DNA of 460 nt from Escherichia coli (lineage in GTDB: Bacteria; Pseudomonadota; Gammaproteobacteria; Enterobacterales; Enterobacteriaceae), in NCBI RefSeq assembly GCF_003334335.1, contig NZ_QOWQ01000186.1; one strand, written 5' to 3'. The notes below the pieces were generated by a model. That model was not told the DNA's origin and did no database searches. It saw nothing but the letters and a program-made list of their open reading frames with translations. Numbering within the stretch: position 1 is the first letter of the stretch; each line of letters starts with the position of its first letter. Shown one piece after another: positions 1-460 of this stretch. The position numbers and the translations under genes were made by a program.

Positions 1-120
1 GCGCTGGCGTGCTGGGGAATTGACAGATAAGCAGAATATTTTGCTGAAAAATGCGGTTTGCTCACACGGACGGATAACACGAAATCCTGCGAACTGACAA
101 AAACTAAGTGAATAAAAGTA

Positions 121-159
121 AAAACCCCGTTTGTTGGCTGCAAGCGGGGTTTTGTGTTT
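121..159 (+). terminator. Rho-independent (intrinsic) terminator hairpin, possibly bidirectional
   Basis: Seen directly: 121-129 AAAACCCCG is the exact reverse complement of 145-153 CGGGGTTTT, giving a 9-bp stem with a CCCCG/CGGGG core. The 15-nt loop (130-144) can pair further (T131-A143, T132-A142, G133-C141 plus G-U wobbles), leaving a ~5-nt apical loop. The stem is followed by the T-rich run TTTTGTGTTT (150-159). An A-rich tract (112-124) precedes the stem, so the reverse strand also sees a U-rich tail. Sits between the upstream region and the ORF1 ribosome-binding site. Confidence 0.75.
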
Positions 160-176
160 CTGACCTTGGATAAGGC

Positions 177-183
177 AAGGGAG
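177..183 (+). promoter_or_regulatory. Shine-Dalgarno sequence for ORF1 (AAGGGAG)
   Basis: Purine-rich AAGGGAG lies 3-6 nt upstream of ATG 187, complementary to the 16S rRNA 3' end. A second SD-like TAAGG is at 171-175. Confidence 0.5.
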
Positions 184-186
184 AAC

Positions 187-369
187 ATGGAAAAGTATAA
201 ACGAATTCTGTTGAGGTTGACTATGAAAAACGGCCTTGAACTGAAAGCGCCTGTAACTGATGACATCAGCAGAGCACTGGCTTTTGCCATTAAGTGGGTG
301 GCGGTCGGTGTTGCTGTGTCCCCGATGCTGTATGGGCTGGCAAAACTGGTCATTGCGTTGAAATCGTGA
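187..369 (+). CDS. Hypothetical small basic protein (60 aa) with C-terminal hydrophobic, putative transmembrane segment
   Basis: ATG 187 to TGA 367-369, in frame with the supplied 154-369 ORF. Product: MEKYKRILLRLTMKNGLELKAPVTDDISRALAFAIKWVAVGVAVSPMLYGLAKLVIALKS. The N-terminal ~29 residues are charged and basic; residues ~30-58 are predominantly hydrophobic and long enough for one membrane span. Ten K/R versus four D/E. The frame contains no TTA/CTA/TCA codons and uses CTG frequently. A strong SD lies upstream and a tightly linked downstream gene follows. Start is uncertain: the in-frame ATG 223 (SD-like GAGG at 214-216) would give a 48-aa product. No homolog recognised from memory. Confidence 0.6.
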   Translation: MEKYKRILLRLTMKNGLELKAPVTDDISRALAFAIKWVAVGVAVSPMLYGLAKLVIALKS

Positions 370-377
370 AGGGAGGA
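369..377 (+). promoter_or_regulatory. Shine-Dalgarno sequence for ORF2 (AAGGGAGGA)
   Basis: GGAGG core at 372-376, 7 nt upstream of ATG 384, which is near-optimal spacing. It begins on the last base of the ORF1 stop codon (TGA 367-369), indicating operon organisation and possible translational coupling. Confidence 0.65.
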
Positions 378-383
378 TTAAGC

Positions 384-460
384 ATGTCAGACAAACTCAT
401 AACGCTGGCGAAGATCCTCTGTGTAATTGTCGGCATTTCATTTTCACTAATGCTGGTTGC
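384..460 (+). CDS. Hypothetical membrane protein, N-terminal fragment (3' end beyond window)
   Basis: ATG 384 in frame 3, open to the window end; the supplied ORF track presumably omits it because no stop is reached. Translation: MSDKLITLAKILCVIVGISFSLMLV..., a short polar N-terminus (MSDK) followed by an uninterrupted hydrophobic stretch typical of a signal-anchor or first transmembrane helix. Strong SD with ideal spacing. In-frame GTG 366 and TTG 354 are possible alternative starts but lack an SD. Confidence 0.6.
   Translation, partial: MSDKLITLAKILCVIVGISFSLMLV

Noticed and set aside
94-122. Second promoter-like arrangement: cTGACA at 94-99 with AGTAAA/GTAAAA about 17 nt downstream, which would start transcription just inside the hairpin
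   Set aside because: The candidate -10 lacks the conserved A2/T6 pattern, and the region is A-rich generally, so this is indistinguishable from chance without 5'-end mapping.
154-186. GTG 154 as the start of ORF1, as given by the six-frame track (71 aa, MFLTLDKAREN...)
   Set aside because: GTG 154 lies inside the terminator's T-tract (CGGGGTTTTGTGTTTC) and has no Shine-Dalgarno in front of it. ATG 187 is preceded by AAGGGAG at correct spacing. The track simply reports the first in-frame start-like codon after the stop at 109-111.
1-396. Long antisense open frame: the minus-strand frame in register with ORF1 has no stop codon from 396 to the left window edge (more than 130 codons)
   Set aside because: It contains no ATG, GTG or TTG anywhere in the window and is bounded upstream by a stop (antisense of TCA 397-399), so it cannot initiate here. 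It also runs straight through the terminator hairpin and intergenic region. The openness simply reflects the absence of TTA/CTA/TCA in the sense frame.
2-410. Direct repeat of the 8-mer CGCTGGCG at 2-9 and 403-410
   Set aside because: It is short, built from very common E. coli-type codons (CTG, GCG), and does not flank a recognisable mobile element with inverted ends or a transposase. Most likely coincidental.
411-425. Possible lipoprotein lipobox around Cys13 of ORF2 (…AKILC…)
   Set aside because: Residues preceding the Cys (K-I-L) do not fit the L-[A/S/T]-[G/A]-C consensus, and the Cys sits at the start rather than the end of the hydrophobic segment. ORF2 is more likely a signal-anchor/TM protein than a lipoprotein.
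452-459. Chi-like sequence GCTGGTTG
   Set aside because: One mismatch from the Chi octamer GCTGGTGG, and Chi activity is highly sequence-specific. It is also at the extreme window edge.
1-460. Scan for tRNA, rRNA, CRISPR repeats, IS or transposon terminal inverted repeats, and integrase att-like repeats
   Set aside because: No cloverleaf-compatible structure, no regularly spaced repeats, no terminal inverted repeats and no long ORFs on other frames. Nothing supports these feature classes in this window.

Overview
This 460-bp window holds a compact two-gene module on the + strand, sitting directly downstream of a strong intrinsic terminator hairpin (121-159). The first gene (187-369) encodes a 60-aa basic protein with a hydrophobic C-terminal segment; the second (384 to the window edge, truncated) begins with a short polar N-terminus followed by a hydrophobic, transmembrane-like stretch. 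Both have near-identical strong Shine-Dalgarno sequences (AAGGGAG) and are separated by only 14 nt, so they are almost certainly co-transcribed. The first ~120 nt are of uncertain status: either the 3' end of an upstream gene or an untranslated leader, with a perfect TTGACA hexamer at 20-25 but no convincing -10. I do not recognise either protein and assign no gene symbols. The layout (terminator, then tandem small membrane proteins, with no room for a separate promoter) fits a read-through or antitermination-dependent operon such as a phage late/lysis cassette, but that is inference only. No rRNA, tRNA, CRISPR or transposase-end signatures were seen. Codon usage (CTG-rich) suggests an enterobacterial-type host or element.
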